A stretch of 64,000 nt of DNA from a virus (IMGVR_UViG_3300021426_000004:64001-128000); one strand, 5' to 3'; shown: positions 29,715 to 40,487, counted from the stretch's first letter. Notes: generated from the sequence alone by a model not told the origin. Translations and numbers: made by a program.

Positions 29715-31517
29715 ATGAATACTATCTTCTGGTTCAATCCTTACAAGCAGACTGTGCGTATTCCCGATGCGAAGATCACCGTCCCTGGTATCAAAACCTT
29801 GGAAGACGCAAAACGGTTTGTCGAAACCGAAGACTTCGACAATTTCCGGTTTATTGTGAAATCCAAAACCGGAAAACCCTATCCATTCAAAGATGTCGCA
29901 GAAGCAAAAGACTTTGCTCAGAAAAAGAGCACAAAGTCGGTTTGCTACACCGTGTGGAACGATGGAGATCCTATTACCTCTTTCGTGAATAAGAAAGAGT
30001 TGACAAAGTGGAATACTGTATTTATCAAACTCTATGATGATAAACCCGATAGGAATAAATGGTATTGCAGTACTTCAAAGGGTCAGTTTGCAAAAACAAC
30101 GTGGTCTTATGGAGCAAAGATTGATGTAGCACCTGGTAAAGTGCGTTTACAGCGCATTTATATCGAATGGATTAAATGTGTAAATGGTCATCTGGCTACA
30201 AAGTTCCACAATATTTCGATCACATTCCACAAAGATGGTTCTGTCTATCTTTATAACGGAAGAATCCAACATGTCAGCGCAAATGAATTAGTAACATCGT
30301 ATGACGATGACGTCTTAAGCGCTTTGAAGGATGAGTTAACGAAACTTAGGCCTGAATTAAAGAAAATGATCAGTGAAGCAGGTACTTATAGTCTGTGTGG
30401 TGTTTTCAGCAGACCAACAGCTTATTATAAGTTCGATACGTTCCACCATACCGCAACAAAACGGTATTGTCCGTTTTACTTTGGTAATTACCCAAAAGAG
30501 ATTGTGGACGAATCAAAGTTGATCGACGTGATTGCAAAGAGAATGCACATACCAACAAGCAAAACGTTAAGAAAATTGTATAACGAAAATATCCACAACA
30601 TGGAAGTAGTGCATTTTCTGAAATTCATCGGTTTCAAGGATGTGAATTCATATCAGAAGCTGACTGGGTTTGGTGTACATTTCAGCCGTCGTAATCCTGC
30701 TGAATTCGCAGCTTTCTTTAAGAAGTTCATCAAACTTCGCGGAGAAAATAACGTTGTTAGAATGACAAGTGATACCGACTTTAATCTTATTGATGATGTC
30801 GCTATGTCATACAACGAGATCGTCGAAGAGGCGTCTGAATTCGTGCTTAATAAATGCCGCAACTTCGAGGAAATCCACGAGACCTTTAATAGATCTTGCG
30901 CGACTCGGGAAAACCTCGTAGATGAAAAGATTCCGTACTCGAAGACAGAGAAAAAGAAGTACGAATTCATCAGCGAAAACGGAATTCGGTTCGAACTTGC
31001 GGAAGGAAGAAAAGATCTTGCCATCATCGGTGCTAACATGGGTATCTGTGTTGGTGGTTATGGCGATAAAGCAGTTAACAAACATTGCGTTATCGTAAAA
31101 ATGATGGATGGTGATGATTACGCTGCCTGCATCGAAGTTCAAAAACAGGGCGTTGTTCAACTCAAAGCAAAATACAATAACCCCGTTCGTAGTAAATATC
31201 GTGCCGATATTGATGCATGGCTGGAAAACGGTGAGATTAAATGCGAGTGCTACGATTATAATTGCATTGGAGAAGACTGGAATAGCACTTGCCGTTATGA
31301 CCAAATTCGTCCTGATGATTTCGAGCCTACTGATCATGAACCGATTCTGCAGATTGTAAAAGCCAAACATGAGAAATACGTTCACAATAACAAGTGGTTC
31401 ACTAAAGACGAAGCGAATCGATTGGAACGTATCCAAGAACTTGCCACCTCAGCAGAACCGCACAGATTCGAAGATTTTGAATTCGAAGCTATTGAAACGG
31501 ATGAACTTCCGTTTTAA
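29715..31517 (+). CDS. PcfJ-like domain protein
   Basis: C-terminal DLAIIGANMGICVGGY...ACIEV...VVQLKAKYN matches the PcfJ-type pattern (xGxxMxHCVxxY...Q). Confidence 0.7.
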   Translation: MNTIFWFNPYKQTVRIPDAKITVPGIKTLEDAKRFVETEDFDNFRFIVKSKTGKPYPFKDVAEAKDFAQKKSTKSVCYTVWNDGDPITSFVNKKELTKWNTVFIKLYDDKPDRNKWYCSTSKGQFAKTTWSYGAKIDVAPGKVRLQRIYIEWIKCVNGHLATKFHNISITFHKDGSVYLYNGRIQHVSANELVTSYDDDVLSALKDELTKLRPELKKMISEAGTYSLCGVFSRPTAYYKFDTFHHTATKRYCPFYFGNYPKEIVDESKLIDVIAKRMHIPTSKTLRKLYNENIHNMEVVHFLKFIGFKDVNSYQKLTGFGVHFSRRNPAEFAAFFKKFIKLRGENNVVRMTSDTDFNLIDDVAMSYNEIVEEASEFVLNKCRNFEEIHETFNRSCATRENLVDEKIPYSKTEKKKYEFISENGIRFELAEGRKDLAIIGANMGICVGGYGDKAVNKHCVIVKMMDGDDYAACIEVQKQGVVQLKAKYNNPVRSKYRADIDAWLENGEIKCECYDYNCIGEDWNSTCRYDQIRPDDFEPTDHEPILQIVKAKHEKYVHNNKWFTKDEANRLERIQELATSAEPHRFEDFEFEAIETDELPF

Positions 31518-31544
31518 TGAATAAAATTATAGGAGGAAAACAAA

Positions 31545-31697
31545 ATGCGTAAATTCACTAAGAACATTGCCGCCGAGATGGGCCTGCAGCCCATTTCCAT
31601 CCTGACAGCCCTGAAGCTCATGCTTAAAGGGTATCGTCCCGGCTTCTGCTGGGGATTCAAGCATGGAAAAGGAATCCGTTCGTGGCGAACAAAGTAA
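31545..31697 (+). CDS. Small basic protein, 50 aa (MRKFTKNIAAEMGLQPISILTALKLMLKGYRPGFCWGFKHGKGIRSWRTK)
   Basis: AGGAGG RBS, clean ORF, terminator immediately after; below the ORF-track cutoff. Confidence 0.65.
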   Translation: MRKFTKNIAAEMGLQPISILTALKLMLKGYRPGFCWGFKHGKGIRSWRTK

Positions 31698-31817
31698 CAA
31701 ATGATTGGCTGGGTTAACAACCCAGCCTTTTTTTATTTTCATGCAAATGGATCGTCTGCCGCACGTCAAAGACGGAGCTTTGGCATTAAAACGATTCAAA
31801 AAGAAAGGAAGATCACA

Positions 31818-32138
31818 ATGACAAAGAAGTCCATAGTAGAAATCGACATTAACAACCGTAAATTGTTAAAAGCTGAAAGATACCATACTGGTTTTGAAGT
31901 TACCATTGGATATGGTCTTGGACTTTTTACAGTTGACATGCTCAGATGGGTCGAAGGAGAAGAATTGCCTGTATATTATTTTACCACTCCGTTCTGCAGT
32001 GGAATGGAAGGAATGATCGAAGAGATGATCAAAAATATCCGGAACAGCAATGAATCTTTATCTTTGCAAGATGAAGCAATAAATTCTTTTGCTAGTGCGC
32101 TCATGTATTTCAGAATCAAACATCACCACAAACATTAA
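31818..32138 (+). CDS. Early hypothetical protein
   Basis: Internal start MTKKS with AAGGA RBS within track ORF 31701..32138. Confidence 0.6.
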   Translation: MTKKSIVEIDINNRKLLKAERYHTGFEVTIGYGLGLFTVDMLRWVEGEELPVYYFTTPFCSGMEGMIEEMIKNIRNSNESLSLQDEAINSFASALMYFRIKHHHKH

Positions 32139-32246
32139 AAACCAGCCTTCTTGGCTGATTGAGTTTTGATACACGAAAGCCTCTTCGAAAGAAGGGGCTT
32201 TCGTAATCAGGACTCGATCCTGAAATAAAAAAAGGAAGGTGTAACT

Positions 32247-32603
32247 ATGAACAACTACTACGGACGAATCACACTTGCAACTTCAGCAGGAGATGACTTT
32301 TTCGACACAGTGCCTGCTCCTTCGTTCGCGTTGGCCTGCACAGAGCTTGGCTTTGCGATTCGAATGTTTCCTTCTTGTTCTGTTTTGAAATATGAGGTAA
32401 TAAACAAAACAGACAATACAAGCATAACAGTTTGGGAGATGGATGAGCACAGCAAAGAATGTTCTTGTCGTTTTGCAAAAACGAATAAGAATTTTCATAA
32501 GATGTGGTCTATCCTGGAAGAAAGATGGAACAGCTTACAATTAGCTCAATCGAAATATGACGACTATCTCTATGGAGGAAATGAATTCCCGAATTTCAGC
32601 TAA
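32247..32603 (+). CDS. Early hypothetical protein
   Basis: 118 aa, RBS, terminator after. Confidence 0.65.
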   Translation: MNNYYGRITLATSAGDDFFDTVPAPSFALACTELGFAIRMFPSCSVLKYEVINKTDNTSITVWEMDEHSKECSCRFAKTNKNFHKMWSILEERWNSLQLAQSKYDDYLYGGNEFPNFS

Positions 32604-32895
32604 TACATATAAATACGACTGCAACCCAAATTTAATACAACGATAAAGACCGGACTAATCCGGTCTTTTTTTATTTTTATGCGCTTAGCGAGTCTGGAGC
32701 TAAGTAGCGTTGGTTTCTTCCAGACCGCATCGTCGTCCCTCTGACGATGTGACTTCAGCCGCGAATTCCAGCGGAACAGAGGAGTCCTGATTTGGCAGGC
32801 GGGTGACTCCCGAATTAACAGTCTCTCGTCATGTCCCGACGAGATCAAATTAAGGCATCTGTGAGCCGTGATCACAGAAAAGGAAAGGAGACAAT

Positions 32896-35616
32896 ATGTC
32901 TAAACTCGAAGGAATCAAAATCTTGAACGACGGAAACCCTATGGACGTTAACAGCGAAGAAGGGTTCCTCTTCACTGTCAGTCCTTCTACCGCCAAGAAA
33001 GGCACTGGTTATCGCACCGATAAGCCGGTGTCATTGACCGAATACGAACTCCGGATGCCTGGAGTAGTAGTCTGTCAGAACAGAGGAATGATCTTCTCCA
33101 GCTGCCGTCCGATTAATGGAGAATATGTCATTCCGACTCTGGACAATCTTAATCTCATCATCGTCGATGAGAAGTCCAGGAAACTGGTTCCCGTTGACGA
33201 CCCTGAAAACAAGATTGTGTGGAAAGGCAACGGACCGCATGAAGTAAAGGATGTCGCCGCCGATGGTGCCGGTGTTCATTACTTCAAGACTAAAGAAGGT
33301 ATAATGGCTTTCTGGCTTTGGTTAAAGATCGCACTGTTTGGCTATGGCATCAAGGGAATGCTTATGCCTGGTCTTGCAACAGATATCGGCAAGAAAGTCA
33401 TTGACCATTGGGGCGTTGAGCGCACCATCACACTTGGCAACACTTTGTTGCTTAATTCCAGCCTCGTCAAGGGACTCGGTGCCTACAACAGCCTGGAAGA
33501 GCTGATTGCCCATTCTAAAGAGTGGGGACTGACCACTATGATGAAGCAGTGGCAGTCTGGCGACCACGAGGTTGCCAACAAGAGAATTCTTGGAATTCAG
33601 ATCAATAGCACAAACTTTGCGCTGGAACGGCCTGAGATTCGTGAACTGCTGAAGCCTGAAGCTCGTAAGATTTGGTCTATGCAGTTTCCTGAAATTGCGT
33701 GGCGGAAGATGGCAAGTGTCAATACAAGCCGTGGTCGTGCGTTTGCAGCTCGTCCGAGTCTGATGTACAAAGACTTGGTCATGCGGCAGATCGACAATAA
33801 ATGCGGCAATGACTTCCTTCGCAACGCACAGGGTAAAACGATGGTAGCAGCAAGCTACCTGAAGATGTATCCTGACCGTCTTGCGTACAGTCTTTGCTAT
33901 GTCGATGGTATGGACATCAACGAAGCGGCAAAGAAAGCGGCTTCCTGCGGACTTCATGGTGAAATCCGTGTCAGCCCTTCGTATGCTGGCCGCAAGGTCA
34001 AGCACAACGAAGACGGAACGGTGACGATTACTTTCAAGAAGGAGACGCACCTTGATAGCAAAGGTCGTTACGTTGAAGTAGCACTTGTTAGATATCCGCA
34101 TGGCGCTCCTTCTGAAACTATCGTCGTTAAAGCGTATCTTGACGATACGGTTCCGGCCGATGTAATCGTGTTTCCGTTCCCGGTCGCCAATGACGACGGA
34201 ACAATTCCGGTAAAGTGCTTGTATGCGATGCGCCTTCAGGGTGCAGATTACGATGGTGATGCTGTAACGGCATTTACCGAGAAGATCTGGCTGGAAGCAC
34301 AGAAGCGGAATGCTGGAAAATCGTACATGATTATCCCGGTGAATACAGAAGGAACAGAAAAGGACAAGACTCTGGTGACAGATGAATCCTTCGAGTCTTT
34401 CTGTCAGACTAAGATCGAATCTCTCACCAATCAGGTTGGTCTGATTGCAACAAGCCTGAAGTATTACCTCTCTCAGGCTGCTGATAGTATCAGGATGGGC
34501 TCAAATCCTGAAATCATCGAGCAGATGATTGTAGATCACGCTTGTGCCATGGGAGATGACATTGATGAATTCAAGCATGGCAAGGCCAATAATGAAATTG
34601 CCTTGTTTACGATTCATCATGAAGGCGAAAAGGACGAAACTCTGTTCAGCCCGTACTTCAACAGATACTCTTGCAAATTCCGGTCCAAAGAAGATATGGA
34701 TAAGACAATCTTCACAAAGACCGGTAAAGAGAAGAAAGCCGGAAATGGCGTACTCGACATGTTTGCCACGGAGTGGGAGAAGCTTATGGCTGAAGCCGGA
34801 CTTCAGATCATCTCTGATACGACTGAAGTTTCTGATGGAAGCAAGAGGTTCTACTTCACAGTTCATCCTGTGAAATGGAGCAGCAAATACGTAGACCTGT
34901 ATACCTCTGATAAAGGTATTGGTCAGATCGCAGTTGAACTTCCGGAAGAACTGGAAAAGGCGTACAAGCTGAAAGCCAATACGAAGCTGACAGCGAAAGA
35001 TCTGTTCAGAGTGTTGTATCGTGATCACTCTGCGTCTTGCAAAGATCTTGTTGGTTGCAACGATGACAGAGACATGCGGTTCAAGGCTCTGGCGAAGATT
35101 GATGCCAGATATGCGCTGGCAAAGGTAGCTATCGTCGCCTGGACTCAGCGGATGTGGAAGCAGAAGTCCAGTGAAGATCTCACCGCCGAAGAAGCGATGG
35201 TGATGTTCACTACACTGATGACTCAGCATACTGAAAGATCAAGATCCACGATTGACTCCGAAACCAGGTATGGAGTCTTCGAGCGGGAAGACGGCACTGA
35301 GTACAAAATCGACGTATTCAGCGCTCAGAGGAAATACAACTATTTCCTTGATGTCTGCGGCGATGGACTGCTTCTGGCGAAGACTGAAGAGCCAGATTTC
35401 CCTGATGTATCAGATAAGATCATCGAAGCGGCTGAAGCGAAAGCTCCTGACCTGGAACTGGCTAAAGCGAAAGCTACCAAAGAGCTGGATCTGATCGGTG
35501 AACTGGTGACCATGCTGAACGATAACGGCATTGAGAGTGTTGTCGAGGAAATCAACAATGAGCTCGTGCCGCTTCGGGATGATGAAGACGAAGACTACAT
35601 CCCCGAAGAGATCTGA
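32896..35616 (+). CDS. Divergent single-chain two-barrel (DxDGD) RNA polymerase, 906 aa
   Basis: ADGAG and GIKGML (first barrel), ALVRYPH (RxP motif), and RLQGADYDGD at 34240-34260 (catalytic loop). Confidence 0.8.
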   Translation: MSKLEGIKILNDGNPMDVNSEEGFLFTVSPSTAKKGTGYRTDKPVSLTEYELRMPGVVVCQNRGMIFSSCRPINGEYVIPTLDNLNLIIVDEKSRKLVPVDDPENKIVWKGNGPHEVKDVAADGAGVHYFKTKEGIMAFWLWLKIALFGYGIKGMLMPGLATDIGKKVIDHWGVERTITLGNTLLLNSSLVKGLGAYNSLEELIAHSKEWGLTTMMKQWQSGDHEVANKRILGIQINSTNFALERPEIRELLKPEARKIWSMQFPEIAWRKMASVNTSRGRAFAARPSLMYKDLVMRQIDNKCGNDFLRNAQGKTMVAASYLKMYPDRLAYSLCYVDGMDINEAAKKAASCGLHGEIRVSPSYAGRKVKHNEDGTVTITFKKETHLDSKGRYVEVALVRYPHGAPSETIVVKAYLDDTVPADVIVFPFPVANDDGTIPVKCLYAMRLQGADYDGDAVTAFTEKIWLEAQKRNAGKSYMIIPVNTEGTEKDKTLVTDESFESFCQTKIESLTNQVGLIATSLKYYLSQAADSIRMGSNPEIIEQMIVDHACAMGDDIDEFKHGKANNEIALFTIHHEGEKDETLFSPYFNRYSCKFRSKEDMDKTIFTKTGKEKKAGNGVLDMFATEWEKLMAEAGLQIISDTTEVSDGSKRFYFTVHPVKWSSKYVDLYTSDKGIGQIAVELPEELEKAYKLKANTKLTAKDLFRVLYRDHSASCKDLVGCNDDRDMRFKALAKIDARYALAKVAIVAWTQRMWKQKSSEDLTAEEAMVMFTTLMTQHTERSRSTIDSETRYGVFEREDGTEYKIDVFSAQRKYNYFLDVCGDGLLLAKTEEPDFPDVSDKIIEAAEAKAPDLELAKAKATKELDLIGELVTMLNDNGIESVVEEINNELVPLRDDEDEDYIPEEI

Positions 35617-35705
35617 CCCAACGACATGGAGACTGCTGAAAAGCAGTCTCCTTTTTTTTGTTTTCATGCAGACGGAAGTCTAGCAAAAATAAAGGAGGAG
35701 ATCCC

Positions 35706-36119
35706 ATGTTCCAGATTTTATTCAAAGACAATAATGGTTGTGATGTTCTTATGCAGGACAGAATGACAGAAGAGATGGCCAATGCCATCGTTCAGGCGCT
35801 TTCTAATTCTGGTATCAGTGCCATAAAAGTAAATGCCGCAGAAAAGAAATGGCATTTGGCAAAGGTTGTCTTCGACCTTCAGCTGATTCCAGCTGCCAAG
35901 AAGGCTATCAAAGAAGGGAAGACAATGAAAGGTCTTTACACCTTCGGAGATCCGAAAGAGATCGCAAAAGAAGGGAATGCAGTAAAAGTTGAATGCACAA
36001 CTGCAGAGAAAAAGGTCGCCTATGTTGTTGGTATCTGGTTGGCGACAGCAGAAGAGATTAAATCGTTCAAAGTCAAGATCGGTTATCCAAAGCTTGGTCT
36101 TGTTGCAGAAAAAATCTAA
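35706..36119 (+). CDS. Hypothetical protein
   Basis: AGGAGG RBS before MFQILF. Confidence 0.65.
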   Translation: MFQILFKDNNGCDVLMQDRMTEEMANAIVQALSNSGISAIKVNAAEKKWHLAKVVFDLQLIPAAKKAIKEGKTMKGLYTFGDPKEIAKEGNAVKVECTTAEKKVAYVVGIWLATAEEIKSFKVKIGYPKLGLVAEKI

Positions 36120-36140
36120 AAGAAAGAAAGGGGTTTAACC

Positions 36141-36422
36141 ATGAGAAACATTCACAATATGACAATCGATGACGCGATTTCAATCGTCGCTTATTCCGAA
36201 AATGAAGAATACAAACTTTATCTTTGCTTCCTTGACGACCTGGAAATAAGGAAGGAAGTCAACGACTTAAATAAAGCAAGAAAAATACTTGCTGAAAATA
36301 ATATTGGTAACAAAGCTATAGCAAAACACATTGAACGGCAAAAGAATAAAATTCCTGAGCCCGTACGGTTCATCGACAGGATTCACCTTAAGGCTGTCGA
36401 TACAGATGAGTTGCCATTCTAA
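36141..36422 (+). CDS. Hypothetical protein ending DTDELPF
   Basis: 93 aa; followed by a terminator. Confidence 0.65.
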   Translation: MRNIHNMTIDDAISIVAYSENEEYKLYLCFLDDLEIRKEVNDLNKARKILAENNIGNKAIAKHIERQKNKIPEPVRFIDRIHLKAVDTDELPF

Positions 36423-36528
36423 AATTAAGAGTCAGCTTTCGAGCTGGCTCTTTTTATTTTTTATGAACGGGGAGCCAGACGAGAAACTCGGACTGTGCGA
36501 CGATCCGCAAAAGAAAGGAAGGTTACCA

Positions 36529-36837
36529 ATGGAGTACATCAAATTCATCAAACTGACAGACGAAGAAATGGAAATCATCATCGGCATCAGCGGAAGGACC
36601 ATCAAATTCTGGTGTGAGTATGCCATTAAAACGTTCGTTGGAGCATTTCACGACAATTCTTCTATTCCTGAGAAAGTTATGAATGGGAAAACTATCGAAA
36701 CCATCAACAAAGAAGAAGCAGCTCAGCTTTTGCTTAAGATTGCTAAGGCAACCAGCAAAACGAACGCTTCTCGGTATTCTAAAGAAATCGAAGAAGTCAT
36801 ACAAAGAATTGATGAACAGACCAAGTTGCCGTTCTAA
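36529..36837 (+). CDS. Hypothetical protein ending KLPF
   Basis: Start MEYIK after an AAGGAAGG RBS. Confidence 0.6.
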   Translation: MEYIKFIKLTDEEMEIIIGISGRTIKFWCEYAIKTFVGAFHDNSSIPEKVMNGKTIETINKEEAAQLLLKIAKATSKTNASRYSKEIEEVIQRIDEQTKLPF

Positions 36838-36852
36838 AATAAAAGAGGGGAA

Positions 36853-37362
36853 ATGAAAATGAAAATTGCATTTACTGGACATCGTCCGAAAGATCTTTAT
36901 GGATATTCCAGCCGTGAGCCATACATGAAGGTTATCAAGATGATTATGGATAATCTTAAGACTCTTGATGACGAGCTTGTTGTCATTACCGGTGGAGCAC
37001 AAGGCGTTGATCAGCTCGCTTTCTGGTCCGCCGAACGAATGAAACGTGAAGGCTTCAATGTAAAGACTATCGTTTCGGTACCTTTTAAAGGACAGGAGCT
37101 CCGCTGGAAAGAAACTGGAATGTTTAGTCAAGCTGAATACAAACATATGCTGAAATTAGCAGATGAAGTTGTATATTTATCTGATAACAGCAACGATGCC
37201 ATTCATAAGTTGGATGAAAGGAACCATTGGATGGTTGATCATTCTGACTTGCTTGTTTGTGTGACTCCGTATGATAACATTGAAACCAGACACGGAGGAA
37301 CTGGAAATTGTGTTAGATATGCAATATTGAAGAAACATAAATATACAGTCTGGAAAATTTAA
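36853..37362 (+). CDS. YspA/DUF1273-like SLOG family protein
   Basis: IAFTGHRP, ITGGAQGVD, RNHWMVDHSD and GGTGNCVRYA motifs. Confidence 0.85.
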   Translation: MKMKIAFTGHRPKDLYGYSSREPYMKVIKMIMDNLKTLDDELVVITGGAQGVDQLAFWSAERMKREGFNVKTIVSVPFKGQELRWKETGMFSQAEYKHMLKLADEVVYLSDNSNDAIHKLDERNHWMVDHSDLLVCVTPYDNIETRHGGTGNCVRYAILKKHKYTVWKI

Positions 37363-37450
37363 GAGCCTTCGGGCTCTTTTTTTATTTTGCGAACGACGGT
37401 AGCCAGGGCGGAAACCGCAACTGTGCCGTGACCCGTCAAAAGAAAGGAGA

Positions 37451-37849
37451 TTGTATATGTATCAGATTTTTATTGTCATGAATCGTCTGTTTGGAACTAT
37501 TGAACGAGTTGTTGAAACCGATAAAGATGTTGCAAACATCATGTGGAAAGACTTTATGAGCACTGGTTGTCCGATTATCACCGTACATGAAAACAAATTC
37601 AAAGTCTGGAACGCAAAACAAACACATCAACCCGCAATAATACATGATTGGCCTAAGTGGGCAGAAAAAGAATGGGAAATCCGTAAAACAAATAACAGGT
37701 ATCTCGGAGCTAGGCTGATTGACTGGGATAGTATCGGGTGTTTTGAACTTCGTCATTCAACGATGGAAGAAACTGGAATGAAAAAGATCCAAAGAGTATT
37801 TTACACATACAAAGGAAAACAATTATTTTCGGTTGTTGAATTCGACTAA
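37451..37849 (+). CDS. Hypothetical protein
   Basis: AAGGAG RBS, terminator after. Confidence 0.6.
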   Translation: MYMYQIFIVMNRLFGTIERVVETDKDVANIMWKDFMSTGCPIITVHENKFKVWNAKQTHQPAIIHDWPKWAEKEWEIRKTNNRYLGARLIDWDSIGCFELRHSTMEETGMKKIQRVFYTYKGKQLFSVVEFD

Positions 37850-38147
37850 CAAATAAGCGACCCATCATTGGGTCGCTTTTTTATTTTTTTGCGGCAACCT
37901 AAGCCGGGGAGTGACAACTCCCAAATTAGGAGACGTGGGCGCCCCCATTTTTTCGGCAGGGGGGATTTTTTTCGCTTCGCTTCGTTCGGCTTTCACTGCA
38001 TTGCTGCTTCGCCTTCGATGTTGCTAGGCTTTGGCTTGCAAGCAAGCCTTGATTCTCCTGAATTTCTATCTCCATGTTGCTTGGCTGATATTGCACGTTC
38101 CTTTGTTTGTTGATTCGTGTGCGAGTACGTGTATTGTGGCTGATGCA

Positions 38148-38174
38148 CCGCAAGCAAAGCTTGCGGGAATTCGC
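38148..38174 (+). promoter_or_regulatory. Hairpin-AAGC-N8-ATTCGC element (class II), copy 1 of 6
   Basis: CCGCAAGC-aaa-GCTTGCGG-ga-ATTCGC. Other copies at 38572, 40152, 40270, 45702 and 56030. Confidence 0.6.
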
Positions 38175-38231
38175 CTGAATAATAAATCCCTTTGTTGTTC
38201 TATTTCAATGAAATATTTAGGAGGAGTCTCA

Positions 38232-38561
38232 ATGAACATTGAAGCAAAATGGACCGGAAAGTGGCCGTGCCTCTGTCACGGTGAATGGATCATCACCATC
38301 GATGGAGTGAAGGTTGATCTTCCGGAAGAAGTTCGCACCAGCGACATGGGCACCTTTGGTTGCTACCGGAGATGGTGGTTCGAATCAAACTGGGAAGAAG
38401 CCTGGGACAGCTACGAAGACGGTCTGGAATTTCAGCCGTGGGTTGAGGAAAACTCATCGTGGCTTTCCAACCTCCACCTGAGCGAAGAAGATCTTCACGC
38501 TCTCTATGACGCCATTTCCGAAGAAGACTGGCGGCATGGAAGCTGTGGTGGTTGTATCTGA
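38232..38561 (+). CDS. Trp/Cys-rich hypothetical protein
   Basis: AGGAGG RBS before MNIEAKW; WPCLC...SCGGCI. Confidence 0.7.
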   Translation: MNIEAKWTGKWPCLCHGEWIITIDGVKVDLPEEVRTSDMGTFGCYRRWWFESNWEEAWDSYEDGLEFQPWVEENSSWLSNLHLSEEDLHALYDAISEEDWRHGSCGGCI

Positions 38562-38633
38562 TCGGTTCCACAAAGCGAGGACAAGCCTCGCTTTATTCGC
38601 CTAAAAAACAAATTTTGAAAGGAGATCCCATCT

Positions 38634-38837
38634 ATGAAAATCACACTGGCCGAAATCATCAACATCAAGAACGAGATTCGCACAAGAGAGATGTATCTCA
38701 AGAAGATCACAGAGAAAGCCGAGAGGCTTGGTCTGAACAAGAACGATCTTGACATCGCTAATGCCCATATGAAATGGATCAGCGAGAATGAAAAGATCGT
38801 GAAGGAATTCTACAAACCCGCAATGGTTATCCAGTAA
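38634..38837 (+). CDS. Hypothetical protein
   Basis: 67 aa, AAGGAG RBS. Confidence 0.6.
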   Translation: MKITLAEIINIKNEIRTREMYLKKITEKAERLGLNKNDLDIANAHMKWISENEKIVKEFYKPAMVIQ

Positions 38838-39237
38838 AAGCCTGCCCCGGCTGCTGCTTAGCGCCGGTCGGGGTGGATGATTTCTATGCATGTTGATCTG
38901 CAGTCTCGCTGGGACTGCAGACTTATATGCATAGGACCTGAGTTTTCAGCGGCTGGCTGTATAAAAGCTGAAATTCAGACATGTCCTACATACAGGTTCT
39001 GTTTTGCGGAGATTGCCAGCTCTGCTTGACAGAGTTTTGTACGGGTCGGGGTGGTTTAAGGGACTACTCCGATTTTAGCTATTTTCAGCCCGAGCGGGCT
39101 TTGACATGGGACTCCTCCTTTCTGCCTGTGAGTAAGGGACGACTCACAGGTTGGCCGCAATGTTCACGCCTCCATGTTGGTGCGGCTGGATTCGACTGAA
39201 TGTGAACAAAAAAATATTTCGAAAGGAGTTTTAGACA

Positions 39238-39684
39238 ATGAAAAGCGTTGAAATCTACATCGACGGCGCATGCTCAGGAAATCCTGGCCCCATAGGATTC
39301 GCGGCAATCTATCAGGGCAAAAATGGTGTTCTCGGTAAATCCGGTTATGACTCTAACCCTAAGTGCACGAACAACCAGGCAGAACTTCGTGCAGCGATCA
39401 TCGGACTGTCGGCGTTGAAGAATCCCTGTAAGGTGACCTTCTACACTGACTCGCAGTATGTGACCAATGGCTATAAGCATTCTGAGGAATGGCTTACAGC
39501 CGAAGGACGGCTCAACCGTGAGCTTTGGATGGAATTGATTTCAGCCGTGAAGAATGGCAAGCATGAGATTCGCTTTGTGAAAGTGAAAGGCCATGCCAAT
39601 GTTCGGCTGAATGAGATCGCTGACAAGCTCGCAAAAGCAAAGTGCAAAGAAGCGAAGCATCAACTTCTCAAGGAGGGGTATTAA
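39238..39684 (+). CDS. rnhA: Ribonuclease HI
   Basis: IYIDGACSGNPGP, TNNQAEL, YTDSQYV and VKGH...NEIADKLA motifs. Confidence 0.95.
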   Translation: MKSVEIYIDGACSGNPGPIGFAAIYQGKNGVLGKSGYDSNPKCTNNQAELRAAIIGLSALKNPCKVTFYTDSQYVTNGYKHSEEWLTAEGRLNRELWMELISAVKNGKHEIRFVKVKGHANVRLNEIADKLAKAKCKEAKHQLLKEGY

Positions 39685-39881
39685 TGGCAGAGTTCAGCTA
39701 TTACATGGTCGGTAATCAGGTTTATGGCATTATGCCGTGCGGAGACGGAAAGTTCTTTGATTCGGTTACCGACTATGAAAATGCCTATCGCGATGAAGAG
39801 AACGAGATCGTCGATGAGCTCGCTCGTCTCCACTACAACGATGAACCCATTGATTATCCGGAAGACTGGAGGATCGCATAA
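39684..39881 (+). CDS. Acidic hypothetical protein
   Basis: Start MAEFSY overlaps the rnhA stop; AGGAGG RBS. Confidence 0.6.
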   Translation: MAEFSYYMVGNQVYGIMPCGDGKFFDSVTDYENAYRDEENEIVDELARLHYNDEPIDYPEDWRIA

Positions 39882-40120
39882 TGGGACTGCTTGATAATGT
39901 CATTATCTTGCTTCTGATCGTTGGGTCTTTCATTGCTGGCAAAACGATCTCTGATAAATACCATGACAAGATTATATCAGAGTATCAGTATCAACAAAGG
40001 CTTTCAGCGGCGGAAAGGGGAGTAGGCTATGTCGCTCCTCCCGCCAGAAAACGCACCTCTATAGGTGAACCTTTCATGGACAAGCTTAAGAACAATGGCA
40101 AGGCTGTCCAGAAAATGTAA
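39881..40120 (+). CDS. Small membrane protein
   Basis: N-terminal hydrophobic helix; translational coupling. Confidence 0.6.
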   Translation: MGLLDNVIILLLIVGSFIAGKTISDKYHDKIISEYQYQQRLSAAERGVGYVAPPARKRTSIGEPFMDKLKNNGKAVQKM

Positions 40121-40487
40121 TCCTTTTCCTTTCTTTCTTGATTTGTTTTGCCCCGACGCAAGCGTCGGGTGATTCGCCTGAAATAATTCTCTTTTAATAC
40201 TTGTCAGGTTTGAAGGTTTTCTTGGCTTAATTTACCAAAAGCCTTTTCCTTCAAACTTGATTTGTATACGGCGAGTACAAGCCTCGCCTTATTCGCTCGG
40301 GATTGGGGTTCCCATCTCCCCATTTCCTACACAGTGGCGTCCGATACCCACACTAAATACCGCCGTCGGATAGACTGTCTCAGTCGAAAAATGAGAAGCC
40401 GCATACGGGTTGAACAGTATGACTCCCACGTTTTAAACGTGACGACAGAAAACAACTACTACAGAAAAATATGGAGGTACAAACACT

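Noticed and set aside
37970-38050. Weak CTTCG/GCTT quasi-periodic tract resembling a second pentamer array
   Set aside because: The phase is not maintained, there are no bracketing stems and no associated RAMP gene.
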